A stretch of 64,000 bases of DNA from an uncultured delta proteobacterium (GTDB lineage Bacteria > Myxococcota_A > Polyangia > Polyangiales > JAFGIB01), in NCBI GenBank assembly GCA_963778655.1, contig CAVZVA010000002.1, positions 64,001 to 128,000 of the forward strand, written 5' to 3'. Numbering within the stretch: position 1 is the first letter of the stretch; every line of letters begins with the position of its first letter. The notes beneath the pieces are model-generated. The model ran no database searches and was not told where the DNA came from. It saw nothing but the letters and a program-made list of their open reading frames with translations. Positions 1-10,764 of this stretch are shown piece after piece. Made by a program: the position numbers and the translations under genes.

Positions 1-232
1 CGCACAGCGGGATCAGGACCTCGGTCACCCTGCGAGCGCCGGTCTCCTCGGCCAGCACCGCCATCGGGCGCCCGTCGTCGACGCGGATCGCAGCTAGCAT
101 CGCCCCGTCCGCTGCGCGAACCAGCAGTGTGCCGGTGCGCCGTGCGCCTAGCAGGTCGAGCAAGAGGTGGGCGAGCGGCGTCGTCTGCAGATCGTCCGCG
201 TCGGCCTCGGCGCTGAGCGGAAGGCGCGTCAT
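1..232 (-). CDS. 5' part of a myxobacterial DUF4388-like protein, running off the window
   Basis: ATG at 232 with upstream GGAGA; translates MTRLPLSAEADADDLQTTPLAHLLLDLLGARRTGTLLVR, resembling the TPL..LL..R.TG.L motif. Confidence 0.55.
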   Translation of the reverse strand, partial: MTRLPLSAEADADDLQTTPLAHLLLDLLGARRTGTLLVRAADGAMLAAIRVDDGRPMAVLAEETGARRVTEVLIPLC

Positions 233-580
233 CGGTGCTCGTCTCCGGGAATAACCCTGTGCATCGTGTCCGGGATAGAGCGTACACCCACGCGACGCCT
301 CGGCTCCCCGATGTCAGCGACCCGTTGCGTTCATGTCAGAGCCCGACGTGTGCTGTTTCGCGCATCGAGTCACTGCGTGCCCATGAGCGTGCTCGGGGTA
401 CAATGTGGGCAGGGCGCAGACCAGGACCTGAGCAAGCTCATCAACCAAGTCATCGCCGGACGCTGCGTGGCCTCCACCGTGCTCGTCGACAGCTTGTACG
501 CATCGGTTGGCCTGTCTTGCTTCGGTGGCAAGCGCCTGGTTGGTGCTCTGCCCACGCTTGCGATCGAGTCGCGCGGGTCT

Positions 581-1234
581 ATGTGGAACCCCGTGAACGC
601 GGCGCGCGCGGCCCGTCGGACATGCCCGACCCTGGGATTGTTCGCCTGTGCGCTGCTGCTGGCGTGCGCGCGCGGCACGCAGGGGCAGCCCGACTCCGGA
701 CAGCCGGACGGGGGCGATGCGGGCCGCTTGGACGGTGGGCACGACGGCGGGCACGACTTCACGTCCTGCACGAAGAACGCCGACTGCGCGATCGTCCCCG
801 AAAGCTGCTGCGGCGCCTGCGGAGCGCCGGCGCGCGGCGACGCGGTCGCCGTTCGCGCCGATCAGCGTTCGGCCTATCGCGTGCAGGCGTGCGCCACGGG
901 CGCCAGCTGTCCGGCCTGCGCGCCGCTCTACCTCGACCCGACCCTGGTCGCGACCTGCAGCGCCGGCCGCTGCGCGCTGGTCGATCTACAGGTTCACGCG
1001 GCCAGCGCCTGCGAGCAGGATGCGGACTGCCACGTGCGCACGCCCGATTGCTGCGAGTGCGGCGGCGACACCTCGGTCGGCCGCCTGGTGGGCATCTCGG
1101 ACGACGCGGCCTACCGGGCGCTGGTGTGCGACGATCAGGCCTGCCCCGAGTGCGCGCCGATCTATCCTGTCGAGGTCACGGTGGGCTGCGGCGACGACGG
1201 TCACTGCCGCAGCGACGACGCGCGGCTCCCTTGA
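581..1234 (+). CDS. Cys-rich lipoprotein with two internal repeats
   Basis: Lipobox-like LLLAC, a DSG/DGG linker, then two repeats: CTKNADC..SCCGACG and CEQDADC..DCCECG. Confidence 0.7.
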   Translation: MWNPVNAARAARRTCPTLGLFACALLLACARGTQGQPDSGQPDGGDAGRLDGGHDGGHDFTSCTKNADCAIVPESCCGACGAPARGDAVAVRADQRSAYRVQACATGASCPACAPLYLDPTLVATCSAGRCALVDLQVHAASACEQDADCHVRTPDCCECGGDTSVGRLVGISDDAAYRALVCDDQACPECAPIYPVEVTVGCGDDGHCRSDDARLP

Positions 1235-1301
1235 GCGCCCCGCCAAGTGCCCTCGGCCACGACCACGCGCCGGCCCAGCGCGACACTGATATCATTCGCG
1301 C

Positions 1302-3002
1302 ATGCTCAGGTGGAACGCCCGTCGCTGGGACGCGTGCAGCATGGCGGCGATCGGCGCAGCCGCGCTCGTGATCGTGCGGACCTACGGCGACTACGGAATG
1401 AGCTGGGACGAGCCGTACTCGATCGAATACGGGCGCAACGTCGTGCGCTTCTTCGCGACGCTTGGCCGCGATCGCAGCGCGACCGTGGGGCTCGTCGCGC
1501 TACGCGGCGGCCTGTTTCACGCGCTGATCGAGTGCTTCGCCCTGCTCGCGCCCGAGCACGCACTGGGCGTCCGCCGCGTGCTCACTCCGCTGATCGGGCT
1601 GCTCGGAATCGTGGGCACCTGGCGGCTCGGAAGACTGCTCGCGGGACCTCGAGCCGGCCTGCTCGCCGTGTTGTTCGCGCTGCTGACGCCGCTGTACTAC
1701 GGACACATGTTCATCAACCCCGCGGACATGCCATTCGCGGTGGGCTACGTGTGGGGCACCTACCTGGTCATCAGCTGCGCGCGGGCGTTGCCGCGGCCGT
1801 CGTTGCGCGCACTGCTCGGCTGCGGTCTGGTGATCGGCCTGTCGACCAGCGTGCGCATCGGCGGCGTGATGCTCGCAGCCTATTGGCTGGCGCTGCTGCT
1901 GGTCTGTGGCGCGCTGCAGCTGCGGGAGCCGACCACAGCCTCGCTCGGGGCGCTGGCCCAGGACATGGCGCGGGCAAGCGGCGCGATCGCCGCGGCGGGA
2001 TATCTCGGTATGATCTGCGCGTGGCCTGCCGCGCTGCTACATCCCATCGGCGTGCCCCTCGAGGCCGCGCTCCAATCCGCAGCCTACCCCAAGCACGAGC
2101 GCGTGCTGGTTCACGGCCTCTACCCGTGGTCCGACGCGCTGCCGCCCTTCTATCACCTGGAGTATTTCGCGGTGCAACTGCCGGAGGTGCTCGAGCTGTG
2201 CTTGGTGATCGGCGCCGGCGCTGGCGCGATCGCCATGTGGAAGGCCCTGCGCGCGCGCGAGGTGCCACGCTTCGCGAGCGAGGCCGGCACGTTGCTGGCC
2301 GGTCTTGCGCCGTTGCTGTACGCGACCCTGCTCCGCCCCGTGGACTACGACGGCGTGAGGCACTTCCTGTTTCTGGTACCGCTGTTCTGCTGCCTCGCCG
2401 CCCGCGGTTTCAGTGACGCGCTCACCCGGCTGGAGGGACGGCACCAGGGCGCGCGCTTCGCGGCGACCGCGCTGCTGGTCCTCGGGCTCGGCCGCGGCGC
2501 ATGGTCGATGGCGGAGCTGCACCCCTACGAGTACACCTTTTATAACGCTTGGACCGGAGGCACATCCGGCGCGCGCGGTCGATACGAGATGGACTACTGG
2601 GTCACCTCGTTCCGCGAAGCGCTGCTCGACCTGGGGCGGGGCGCCGGTGCGGCAGGAGCGCCGCAGAAGCTGGCGGTGTGCGGCAACCAGGCGGTGGCCG
2701 CGGCCTACTTACCGCCTGGATTCGAGCTGTCCAAGCACGTCCGCGAGGCACAGCTCGTGCTGGCCACCACGAAGTGGGCGTGCGATCAGAGCTACCCGGG
2801 CGAGCCGGTCGTGACGGTCGGACGGGCCGGCGTCCCGTTCGCCGTGGTGAAACGCCTGCCCTGGGCGGCGCGTTTCAGCCGCGACCGGCGCGCTACCGCA
2901 CCCACGGCGCAGCTCAAGCCGCAGGCCGGGGATGGGGCAACGGCGGCTTCCGCATCAGCACCACCAGCTGCGAGCCGGCTCCGGCCACGGGCAGATCGAT
3001 GA
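1302..3002 (+). CDS. Membrane glycosyltransferase, ArnT/PMT (GT-C, family 39-like)
   Basis: DYGMSWDEP in the first loop, YYGHMFINPAD, many TM helices, YDGVRHFLF. Confidence 0.8.
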   Translation: MLRWNARRWDACSMAAIGAAALVIVRTYGDYGMSWDEPYSIEYGRNVVRFFATLGRDRSATVGLVALRGGLFHALIECFALLAPEHALGVRRVLTPLIGLLGIVGTWRLGRLLAGPRAGLLAVLFALLTPLYYGHMFINPADMPFAVGYVWGTYLVISCARALPRPSLRALLGCGLVIGLSTSVRIGGVMLAAYWLALLLVCGALQLREPTTASLGALAQDMARASGAIAAAGYLGMICAWPAALLHPIGVPLEAALQSAAYPKHERVLVHGLYPWSDALPPFYHLEYFAVQLPEVLELCLVIGAGAGAIAMWKALRAREVPRFASEAGTLLAGLAPLLYATLLRPVDYDGVRHFLFLVPLFCCLAARGFSDALTRLEGRHQGARFAATALLVLGLGRGAWSMAELHPYEYTFYNAWTGGTSGARGRYEMDYWVTSFREALLDLGRGAGAAGAPQKLAVCGNQAVAAAYLPPGFELSKHVREAQLVLATTKWACDQSYPGEPVVTVGRAGVPFAVVKRLPWAARFSRDRRATAPTAQLKPQAGDGATAASASAPPAASRLRPRADR

Positions 3003-3705
3003 AACACGCCAAGTACAGACCGAGGCACAGCGCACGCTTCCAGGCGGAGTAGCGGCCCGCCGCGAAGTTACGCAGCGACCAGTTGGGGTTCAAGTTGGTC
3101 GCTTCCTTGAGCACCCGGTAGGTCGGGAAGCCCCACTCGATCAGGCTTTGTACTCGCAGACCATTGTCGCGCGCGCAGGCGCGTAGCTCGCCGGCTGTGG
3201 GGTGGCTCACGTGCCCGAAATGGGCCTCGGTGGGGAACAGCTTTCCCGTCGGACAGGTCACCAGCAGATGTCCGCCCGGCGCCACCATCTGCGCGAGGTG
3301 GCGAAACGCCACCGCCCGGTCCTGCAGGTGCTCGAGCACCTCGCTGCAGACGACCAGCTCGAATTGCTCGGCCAAGCTCGCCTTCGCAACGTCGAGCAGC
3401 TCGAACCGGATCCCCGGCATGCGCGAGCGGTTCGCGGCGATCGTTTCGGACGCGAAGTCCGCGCCGCACAGGCGTGCCGTCGGAAACGCGCGCTGGAGCG
3501 CCAGCAGGCCCTCGCCGGGACCGCAACCCACGTCGAGCGCGTTGCGGAACGCGATGCCGCGCAGGGCTGCCAGCAGCAGCCGCCGCCGGTGGCGCGCGCC
3601 GGGATGGAAGCGCGCATAGTCGTCGAGCTGAGCCCACTGGCGGTCGTAGCTTGCCGGGTCCAGCGCTTGCCGCGTGGGTACGTCACTGAGCATGTGCAGG
3701 CTCAT
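2914..3705 (-). CDS. Class I SAM-dependent methyltransferase
   Basis: LDVGCGPG motif I and VCSEVLEH; 3' end overlaps the convergent GT gene; start approximate. Confidence 0.85.
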   Translation of the reverse strand: MSLHMLSDVPTRQALDPASYDRQWAQLDDYARFHPGARHRRRLLLAALRGIAFRNALDVGCGPGEGLLALQRAFPTARLCGADFASETIAANRSRMPGIRFELLDVAKASLAEQFELVVCSEVLEHLQDRAVAFRHLAQMVAPGGHLLVTCPTGKLFPTEAHFGHVSHPTAGELRACARDNGLRVQSLIEWGFPTYRVLKEATNLNPNWSLRNFAAGRYSAWKRALCLGLYLACFIDLPVAGAGSQLVVLMRKPPLPHPRPAA

Positions 3706-3973
3706 CCAAAGGCCGCTCCATTGTAGCAGCGTGTAGTGCACCGCCGTCGAGATGCGATCAACCCTCGCAAACGATGCGGGCCCGCCCGCTGCGTTGCCAC
3801 TCCTTGAAATGCGAGGCGTATTCCTGCGTCGTGGCGCCTTGCGCTCAAGCCCACCTCGCTCGCGATCCCTTGATCGCATCTCGACGGCGGTGCACTAGCA
3901 GCGCGCCCGCGCGCGTCTTGGCGCAGGCAAACGCGCGGCCGCGCACAGCATCCCACATGTCGCGCCTGCGCAG

Positions 3974-5011
3974 TTGTCCGAGCGCGCTGAGCGGCCGTGT
4001 ATAATCGTGGCCGTGGCCGAGTCGGAGACGCGCGCCCTGCCGCAGGTACAGCTCGAGGGCAAGACCTGCATCGTCACGGGCGGTGCGGGCTTCATCGGGT
4101 CCCATCTGTGCGAGCGCCTGGCGCGCAGCGGCGCCGGGAAGATCGTGGTGCTCGACAGCTTGCGCTACGCGGACCCTTCGCGGCTTCGAGCCATGGGCGA
4201 ACGCTGGCCCATCGAGCTGCGCGTGGGCGACCTCGGCCACGACGCTCCCCGAGCGTTGCTGGCAGGCGTGGAAGGGGCCGACCTACTCTTTCACCTCGCC
4301 GCCGAAAAGCACAACCAGAGCATGGACGCACCGCAGCGCGTGTTACAGGCCAATGTCCTGGGCACCGAGCGGTTGTTCGACTGGGCCGCACACGCCGGCG
4401 TGAAGAAGGTCGTCTTCGCCTCATCGTTGTACGCCCACGGGCGCATGCAACTGCCGCCGATGCGGGAGAGCGACGTACCGGAGCCGACCACCGTCTACGG
4501 TCTCTCCAAGCTGGCTGGCGAGCACCTGCTGCGCCATTTCGCGCTCGAGCGTGGCTTACGCGGGGCAATCCTACGGCTGTTCTTCGTCTACGGTCCCTAT
4601 CAGCACGCCGGAGCCGGCTACAAGTCCGTGATCGTCCGCAACTTCCAGCAGATGTTACGCAACGAGCCGCCCACGATCGTCGGCGACGGACAGCAAGCGC
4701 TCGACTACGTCTACGTCGACGACGCGGTGGACGCCCTGCTCTTGGCGAGCACCGACGCTGCCGACGGCGGTCTGTTCCACATCGGCAGCGGTAACGCGCC
4801 GACGATCGAGGAGCTCACACGCGTGATGCAGCGGGTAGCCGGCAGCACGCTCAGCCCGCGGCGCCTTCCGCCGGACCGAACGCACGGCACGGTCCGCGTC
4901 GCAGATCCGCGTCACGCGCTCGAGAATCTCGGCTGGCGCACGCGCGTGAGCCTGAACGACGGGCTGCGTCGCGTATTCGAATGGATGAAGAGCGTGGCTC
5001 CGGAGACCTGA
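3974..5011 (+). CDS. NAD-dependent epimerase/dehydratase
   Basis: VTGGAGFIGSHL, YGLSK (YxxxK), VYGP; true start may be a few codons downstream. Confidence 0.9.
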   Translation: MSERAERPCIIVAVAESETRALPQVQLEGKTCIVTGGAGFIGSHLCERLARSGAGKIVVLDSLRYADPSRLRAMGERWPIELRVGDLGHDAPRALLAGVEGADLLFHLAAEKHNQSMDAPQRVLQANVLGTERLFDWAAHAGVKKVVFASSLYAHGRMQLPPMRESDVPEPTTVYGLSKLAGEHLLRHFALERGLRGAILRLFFVYGPYQHAGAGYKSVIVRNFQQMLRNEPPTIVGDGQQALDYVYVDDAVDALLLASTDAADGGLFHIGSGNAPTIEELTRVMQRVAGSTLSPRRLPPDRTHGTVRVADPRHALENLGWRTRVSLNDGLRRVFEWMKSVAPET

Positions 5012-5012
5012 C

Positions 5013-7283
5013 TTGGCGACACTCGGTTCGGTGGCAGAGCAGGACGCGGCCGCGCAGCAAAGCGCAGAGCCGGGACCGCTGCGGCGCCTGCCCCGGGCGC
5101 TGCCGGCAAGCTCGGGTACCGAGGTTTCGGTGGTCGCGCCCTGTTACAACGAAGAAGCCAACGTTGAGGCGCTCACCGAGCGCACACTGCGCATGTTCGA
5201 CGATCACGGGCTGCGGGGCGAGCTGATCCTAGTCGACGATGCCAGCACCGATCGCACGGCCGCCGTCATCGATGCGCTCGCCGCCGAGCACCCGCGCGTC
5301 ATCGCCCTGCATCACGAGCGCAACCGCGGGATCGAGGGTGGATGGCGCTCGGGCTTCGAGCGCAGCCGCGGTAGTTACGTCTGCTTCATCGACGCGGACT
5401 TGCAGAACCTGCCCGAAGACATCTGGCGCCTGTACGAGGAGATCCGCTTCACCAGCGCGGACATGGTGCAGGGCTACCGCAGCACCATCGGCCGCTTGCG
5501 CGATGCGCGCTACACGCTCAGCAAGGGGCTCAACTTCTTGCTCAACACGATCTTCGGCATGCGCATGCACGACAGCAAGTCCGGCTTCGTGCTCGCCACG
5601 CGCGAAGCGGTCGAGGACGTGCTCGACCACCGGCTGCGCTACCGATATTTCCAGACCTTCATCACGATCGCCGCTCACGCCAAGAACTATTCCATCGGAC
5701 AGATCGAAACGCTGTTTCAGGATCGCAACGCCGGCAAGTCCTTCATCGGGCGCTTTCCGCTCAAGCTGCTGCTCGCGGTGCTGTGGGACATCGCCAAAGC
5801 GTTCGTCGAGTACCGCGTGTTCCGCCGCCGGCGCAGCGTGCTGGGTGAGTACGTCGCCGCCCATCCGCCTGAACAACAGGATCCGCCCCTGCGCGGTCCG
5901 CTGCGACGCATGCTCTACGCGCTGTTCTTCCTGAGCATGCCGCTGCACAAGTGGCTGATCACGCGCAACGCCCGCTGGCTGCTGGAGCGTCTCAAGCAGA
6001 GCCAATGGCTGTCTCCAGAGGCGCTGCGCGAGCTGCAGGAACGCCGGTTGCGGCGTCTGGTCCGTCACGCGTACCGCACGACGCCCTACTACCGCCGCGC
6101 GCTCGACGAGGCCGGCCTGCGGCCGGAGGACATCAACCACCTGGAGGATCTGCAGCGACTTCCGCTGCTGACCAAGGACGCGGTGCGCAAGCACCTGTAC
6201 TTCGACCTGTTCTCCAAGAGCCACCACAAGCCCGACATGCTGCGCGTCGCCACCAGCGGCTCGACCGGCGAGCCGTTCGTGGTCTATGTGGAGCGCCGGC
6301 AGCTGGAGATGCGCTGGGCGGCCACGATCCGCTCGATGGAATGGACGGGCTGGCGCTGGGGCGATCCCCAGGCGCGGCTGTGGCATCAGACGCTCGGCAT
6401 GAGCCTGAGCCAAACGCTGCGCGAGCGGCTCGACGCGTTCCTGATGCGGCGGCTATTCATTCCCGCCTACGAGCTGCGCAGCGACAACTTGCCCGGATTT
6501 CTGCGCAAGCTCGCGCGCAGGCGGCCGGTCCTGATCGACGGGTATGCGGAGAGCTTCAACTTCCTGGCGTACTTCGCCCAGCAACAGGGCATCGCCGACC
6601 TGCGCCCGCGCGCGATCATGTCCTCGGCCCAGACTCTGCCCGAGCAGGTGCGGCAGACCATCGAGCGCCAGTTCCAGACCGAGGTGTTCGACAAGTACGG
6701 CAGCCGAGAGTTTTCGGGCATCGCCTACGAGTGCGCGCGGCACAGCGGGCATCACGTCGTCGCCGAGAGCTACGTGGTCGAGCTGCTCAAGGACGGCAGG
6801 CCGGCGCAACCGGGCGAGATCGGCGAGGTCGTGATCACCGACCTCAACAATTACTGCATGCCGCTCATTCGCTACCGCATCGGCGATCTGGCGGTGGCCA
6901 TGGACAACACGGCGCCCTGCGCCTGTGGCCGCGGCCTGCCGCGGATCGGCAGGATCGAGGGCCGCGTGCAATCGATCGTGCTGTGCAAGAACGGCACCTG
7001 GTTGCCGGGTACCTTCTTCGCGCACTTCTTCAAAGACCACGAATTCGCAGTGCGCCAGTATCAGGTGGTGCAAGAAGAGGCTGGGCGTTTCGAGCTCAAG
7101 GTGGTCAAAGGGGCGCAGTTCAGCGACGAGCGGTTCCAGGAGATCCTGGGCGACCTGCGCCGCGTGGTGGGCGCAGACATGGAAGTCGACGTGCGCTTCG
7201 TGGACTCGATCCCGCTGGGGCGAACCGGCAAGCGCCAGGGCGTGGTGTCCAAGCTCGGGCTCGAGTTCCAGGCGCTGCGCTGA
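5013..7283 (+). CDS. GT2 glycosyltransferase fused to a phenylacetate-CoA-ligase/CapK-like adenylate-forming domain
   Basis: N-terminal PCYNE, VDDASTD, IDADLQ; C-terminal TSGSTGEP, YGSRE, PLIRYRIGD, GK near the end. Confidence 0.85.
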   Translation: MATLGSVAEQDAAAQQSAEPGPLRRLPRALPASSGTEVSVVAPCYNEEANVEALTERTLRMFDDHGLRGELILVDDASTDRTAAVIDALAAEHPRVIALHHERNRGIEGGWRSGFERSRGSYVCFIDADLQNLPEDIWRLYEEIRFTSADMVQGYRSTIGRLRDARYTLSKGLNFLLNTIFGMRMHDSKSGFVLATREAVEDVLDHRLRYRYFQTFITIAAHAKNYSIGQIETLFQDRNAGKSFIGRFPLKLLLAVLWDIAKAFVEYRVFRRRRSVLGEYVAAHPPEQQDPPLRGPLRRMLYALFFLSMPLHKWLITRNARWLLERLKQSQWLSPEALRELQERRLRRLVRHAYRTTPYYRRALDEAGLRPEDINHLEDLQRLPLLTKDAVRKHLYFDLFSKSHHKPDMLRVATSGSTGEPFVVYVERRQLEMRWAATIRSMEWTGWRWGDPQARLWHQTLGMSLSQTLRERLDAFLMRRLFIPAYELRSDNLPGFLRKLARRRPVLIDGYAESFNFLAYFAQQQGIADLRPRAIMSSAQTLPEQVRQTIERQFQTEVFDKYGSREFSGIAYECARHSGHHVVAESYVVELLKDGRPAQPGEIGEVVITDLNNYCMPLIRYRIGDLAVAMDNTAPCACGRGLPRIGRIEGRVQSIVLCKNGTWLPGTFFAHFFKDHEFAVRQYQVVQEEAGRFELKVVKGAQFSDERFQEILGDLRRVVGADMEVDVRFVDSIPLGRTGKRQGVVSKLGLEFQALR

Positions 7284-7305
7284 CGCGGGGGTTGGGCCTC
7301 TGCCT

Positions 7306-8649
7306 CTATAGGAACGTCAGCAAGGCCCCGCCGAGGCTGAGACCGAGGCTGCGACCGTGGCTCGGGGTGTCGCCGTGGGGCTCGCGCCAGTCGATGAAGT
7401 TGACCTCGGCGAACAGCCGCGGCGAGCCCCAGCGCAGCCACAGGTCGTAGTACGAGCGCCCGAAGATCTTCGGATACACGAAGGCACCAGAGGTCAGGTT
7501 GCGGTTGCGCGCGAGAAAGTCGTGAAACACCAGCTCGAGACCCTGCGGCGCGCTCAACCGCCCGGCGACCACGCCCTGCCGCCGGTAGAGCAGCAGGTTG
7601 CCGCCGAGCAACAGGTTCAAGGAGAGGCGGCGGTCGAGCAGGCGAAATTGCTCGAGCCACAGGTACAGGCCCTGGTCGATGTAGCCGAAGCGGTCAAGCG
7701 CGGTAGCGTTGAAGTACACGATGCGGGCGGTGGGTGTGAACGCGTAGCCCGCGTAGAGCGTCAGCAGCGGCACCCCGGCCCGCAGGTCCACCCGCCCGTC
7801 GCGCAGCCAGTAGGCGTACGCGCCGAGCCCGACGCCGAGAAACCCCGCGTGCAGGCGCACCGGCAGGTGATACTCGAGGGTCAGGCGCTTGCCGCCTGCC
7901 TCCAAGTGCACGGCGCCGGGAGGGCTCGCCACGCGGCACGCGAACAGCGCGTCGCCGGCCGCGGTGGTCGGCACGCCCTCGATCTCGATCTGCGAGCCCA
8001 CGTGATCCCACAGCACGTACAGCTCGAGCGTGGGAGCGAGATGGCCCGCCAGGTCCGTCTGCACCAGCCGGCAGCCCACGTAGACGAACGAGTCGACCGG
8101 GGGCGCCCCGTTCCGCACGCGCAGTCCGAACCGCGAACAACTCGCGTCGAACATCACCCGCCCGCGCTGCGAGGCGCGCGGCGCAAAGCGCAGACGAAAG
8201 GTCGCGCTGTGCAGCGTCGCACCCTGCCGCAGCTCCACCTCAATCGGGTAGCCCGGGTGAGAAAGCAGCACGACCGGAAGCTCGCCGAGCACGCGGCCGC
8301 GCTGCTGGACCAGCGGGTGCGTGAAGCCCGCGTAGCGGACCACGCCCGAGTCGGCGCCAACGGCGCGCACGCGCAACACGGCTCGCGGCACCAACACGCG
8401 CGACACCCGGACCCAGCGCAGACTGTCGGGGTCGAGCGCGACCTCGACGGCGGCGTCGCCTCCGACGCGGTCCAGCACGAAGTCCGCGCTAGTGAAGTCC
8501 GCCGCATGAAACACAAACGGCCTCGGCTCTCCGAGCGCTGCAGTCACCAGCGAGCGCGGAAGCTCGGGCAGCTGGGCGCCAGCGGCGCCCGGCCAGAGGC
8601 ACGCGAGCAGCGCGAGCACGGAGGCCGCGAGAATGCCGGAGCGGGGCAC
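7306..8649 (-). CDS. Exported hypothetical protein, possibly with an outer-membrane beta-rich C-terminus
   Basis: Signal peptide, long ORF with alternating hydrophobic residues, ends LLTFL. Confidence 0.65.
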   Translation of the reverse strand: MPRSGILAASVLALLACLWPGAAGAQLPELPRSLVTAALGEPRPFVFHAADFTSADFVLDRVGGDAAVEVALDPDSLRWVRVSRVLVPRAVLRVRAVGADSGVVRYAGFTHPLVQQRGRVLGELPVVLLSHPGYPIEVELRQGATLHSATFRLRFAPRASQRGRVMFDASCSRFGLRVRNGAPPVDSFVYVGCRLVQTDLAGHLAPTLELYVLWDHVGSQIEIEGVPTTAAGDALFACRVASPPGAVHLEAGGKRLTLEYHLPVRLHAGFLGVGLGAYAYWLRDGRVDLRAGVPLLTLYAGYAFTPTARIVYFNATALDRFGYIDQGLYLWLEQFRLLDRRLSLNLLLGGNLLLYRRQGVVAGRLSAPQGLELVFHDFLARNRNLTSGAFVYPKIFGRSYYDLWLRWGSPRLFAEVNFIDWREPHGDTPSHGRSLGLSLGGALLTFL

Positions 8650-8791
8650 GTTGGCCCGGATTCTACACCGAGCCCGCGTTGGCTCGCCGAGTCATGCTGG
8701 GTCCGGAGCGATTGGCAGAGGGCGGGAATGACTGGCCGGCGGCCAAATCGCGCTTGCGCCGAGACCGCCAAATTCCGCTAAGCTGCGGGCC

Positions 8792-9673
8792 ATGACCGAC
8801 TACAGGCACATCCGCTACGCCGTCGCCGACGGCATCCTCACCATCACCCTGCATCGGCCCGACCAACTGAACGCGTTCACCTCGTTGATGGCGCAGGAGC
8901 TGATCGACGCCTTCGACCGCTCGGACGCCGACGACGAGATCAAGTGCGTGATCGTCACCGGGGAGGGGCGGGCATTCTGTGCCGGCGCCGATCTCCAACG
9001 CGGCGCGGAGACCTGGAGCGAGCACGAACGCAGGATGCAGGCCGACGAGACCGGCTCGCCCTACAAAGGCGATGGCGGCGGCCGCGTCACGCGTCGCATC
9101 TTCGACTCGCACAAGCCGGTGATCGCGGCCATCAATGGGCCGGCGGTCGGGGTCGGCGTCACCATGACGCTGGCGATGGACGTGCGCATGGCGGTCGCGG
9201 GGACGAAGCTGGGTTTCGTGTTCGCCGCGCGCGGAATCGTGCCCGAGGCGTGCTCCGCTTGGTTTCTGCCGCGCATCGTCGGGATCTCGACCGCGCTCGA
9301 GTGGTGCTACTCCGGACGCGTGTTTCGCTCCGAGGAGGGACTGGCGCGAGGCCTCTTGCGCAGCGTCCATACGCCGGAGGCGCTGATGCCCGCCGCGCGC
9401 GAGCTGGCTCGTGAGTTCGCGGACAACACATCGGCCGTGTCCAAGGCGCTCATACGGCACATGCTCTGGCGCATGCTGGGCGCGGAGCACCCGATCCGGG
9501 CACACGAGATCGACACCGCCGCGCTCGCGCAGACGGGCAAGTCCAACGACGCCCGCGAGGGCATCCGCGCTTTCCTCGAGAAGCGTCCCGCCCGCTTCAC
9601 CGACCGCGTCAGCGAGGACATGCCTGCCTGCTTCCCGTGGTGGGAACAGCCGGACTGGAAGCCGCTCGGCTGA
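8792..9673 (+). CDS. Enoyl-CoA hydratase/crotonase family protein
   Basis: TLHRPDQLNAF, GRAFCAGADL, KPVIAAINGPAVGVG, EGIRAFLEKR. Confidence 0.92.
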   Translation: MTDYRHIRYAVADGILTITLHRPDQLNAFTSLMAQELIDAFDRSDADDEIKCVIVTGEGRAFCAGADLQRGAETWSEHERRMQADETGSPYKGDGGGRVTRRIFDSHKPVIAAINGPAVGVGVTMTLAMDVRMAVAGTKLGFVFAARGIVPEACSAWFLPRIVGISTALEWCYSGRVFRSEEGLARGLLRSVHTPEALMPAARELAREFADNTSAVSKALIRHMLWRMLGAEHPIRAHEIDTAALAQTGKSNDAREGIRAFLEKRPARFTDRVSEDMPACFPWWEQPDWKPLG

Positions 9674-9683
9674 CTGGGCCAGG

Positions 9684-9705
9684 GGGCCGGTCTTCGGACC
9701 GGCCC
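9684..9705 (+). terminator. GC-rich hairpin downstream of the crotonase gene
   Basis: GGGCCGGTC-TTCG-GACCGGCCC, a 9-bp stem with a UUCG loop 10 nt after the stop; no U-tract. Confidence 0.5.
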
Positions 9706-10079
9706 GCCGACGCTGCAGGGGAAGCTGTCGTTCTCGCTGTGCGCTTGCCGGGCGCCGGCAACACTGCGGGAGAGATCGAAACGCTGGTCTGCCGCAAGGG
9801 TGAGGCGTTGTTCAAGGTCGTCGCGGGCAAGCTGCGGGCGATCGAGGTCGTCATGGTCAACCTGCCTCACGGAGCATCGTCCGGCTGGGACGCAGGGCAG
9901 ACCCGCGACTCAACCCCCGAGGGGCGACCCGACCCCAGTTGAGAGCTCGAGCTGCGTCTTCGCGCTTTTCATGGGTCATCGCCGATCTCCTGTGCGTCCG
10001 AGAATCGGATGCGCTTGCCGCGGAGCTGTGCGCGCAGCACCTCGTTTCGAGCTGCTATCGACCCGGGTTCATGGCTTCG

Positions 10080-10764
10080 TCACAATCGGCCGTCGGGCCG
10101 GCAAGCCGAGTCGGCGTTCGCGCTGCGCACGGCGATCAACGACTTGGTGAGCGGTCCGATGACCTCGCGCAGGATCCGACCGTCGGGGAACAGCCTCGCC
10201 AGCTCGGCGTGCGAGAGCAGCCGGATCTGCTCCACGTCTGCGCGCGCGAGCACCGGATCGGGCTGGGCCTCGACCCAGCCCAGCCGAAAGTACTGGTGCA
10301 GCCGCGCGCGCACCCCGGTGGGCAGGTACTGGAACCCCGGAAACAGGTAGTGGGCCTCGAGCGGAAACCCGCGGCTCGGAGTCTGAACCAGGTACGCGTC
10401 CGCCAGGCGGCGAATCTCGTTCGCCACCTTCTGCTGGTCGAAGAAGGTGCCCACGTGCTCCAGCAGCGAATTAGAAAAGCACGCGTCGAAGCTGCGGTCG
10501 GCGAAGCACCGTAGAATCGCGCGCGTCGCCGACCACCTGCTCGAAGCCGTCGTCGTCGCTGTGATGCTCGAGGTTGAGCAGCGTCACGCGAAAGCTGCGG
10601 CGGCCGCGGTATTGGCGCCAGATCTCCGCGCTTCCGCCCAGGTCGAGGACGCGCACCGGATCGGGCACGTGCGCCACCAGCCGCTCAAACAGCGCCACCC
10701 GGCGCCGCCGCAAGCGCGAGGCCAGCGACTGCGGGTCGGTATTGTCGGCGAGCTTGAGCACCAT
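10080..10764 (-). pseudogene. SAM-dependent methyltransferase with a +1 frameshift at about 10515
   Basis: VLDLGGS in one frame; removing one base from GATTCTA restores GDARDLRCFADRSFDACFSNSLLEHVG; may be a sequencing error. Confidence 0.75.

Noticed and set aside
9706..10070. Small ORFs between the crotonase and methyltransferase genes
   Set aside because: Several competing frames, none with a recognisable motif
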